DNA of 64,000 nucleotides, taken from assembly GCA_040954595.2 (NCBI GenBank), contig CM082577.2, forward strand, positions 6,783,846-6,847,845, read 5' to 3'. Both the position numbers and the translations under genes were made by a program. The notes under the pieces were generated by a model. The model was not told the origin of the DNA. It was given only the letters and a program-made list of their open reading frames with translations, and did not search any database. Source of the stretch: Balanoglossus misakiensis (Eukaryota > Animalia > Hemichordata). Position 1 is the stretch's first letter, and each line of letters opens with the position of its first letter. Below are positions 63,678-64,000 of this stretch, piece by piece.

Positions 63678-64000
63678 ATACATGTACAATGCGTAAAAGT
63701 TTTACAAGTGCACACACACATGTACATGCATATATAATGACTTGATTCAAACTGATACAATTCTGCAACCATACCCCAAGCAACCTCCCCAAAACTGTGT
63801 AATAGGTCACACCAAAACAGTCTTTGAAGGACTCAAAAAGATCCAGCAATTTGAATTGTGAGAGAGGCACAACTGAACCTGAAGACAATATACAGATACA
63901 GACATGAACTGTAGACAAGGACACTATACCCACTGTGATCCAAACTACATGTACAAGACTTTGGAATAAAGAAGTTGTTATGCCATGCTTTTGGTGTCAA

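Overview
Eukaryotic, intron-rich, AT-rich genomic DNA from an invertebrate animal. The gene content suggests a non-vertebrate deuterostome, but this is not provable from the window. Five spliced protein-coding genes can be reconstructed by hand from splice sites and reading-frame phase. (1) TNRC6/GW182 on +, 5' end probably outside the window, with an unusually long N-terminal exon chain. (2) IRE1/ERN1 on -, 19 exons, 976 aa, convergent with TNRC6. (3) TEX2 on +, head-to-head with IRE1, with a GC-AG intron and a candidate cassette exon. (4) A 516-aa type II membrane protein fusing an FkbM-type SAM methyltransferase to a catalytically degenerate NodB/CE4 deacetylase-like domain. (5) The 3' part of a death-domain TNF-receptor gene on -. 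Five copies of a ~90-bp TTAA-flanked piggyBac-type MITE are present, and two of them flank a large symmetric TNRC6 exon in inverted orientation. No rRNA, tRNA or CRISPR features were seen. Exon coordinates were counted manually and need RNA-seq confirmation.
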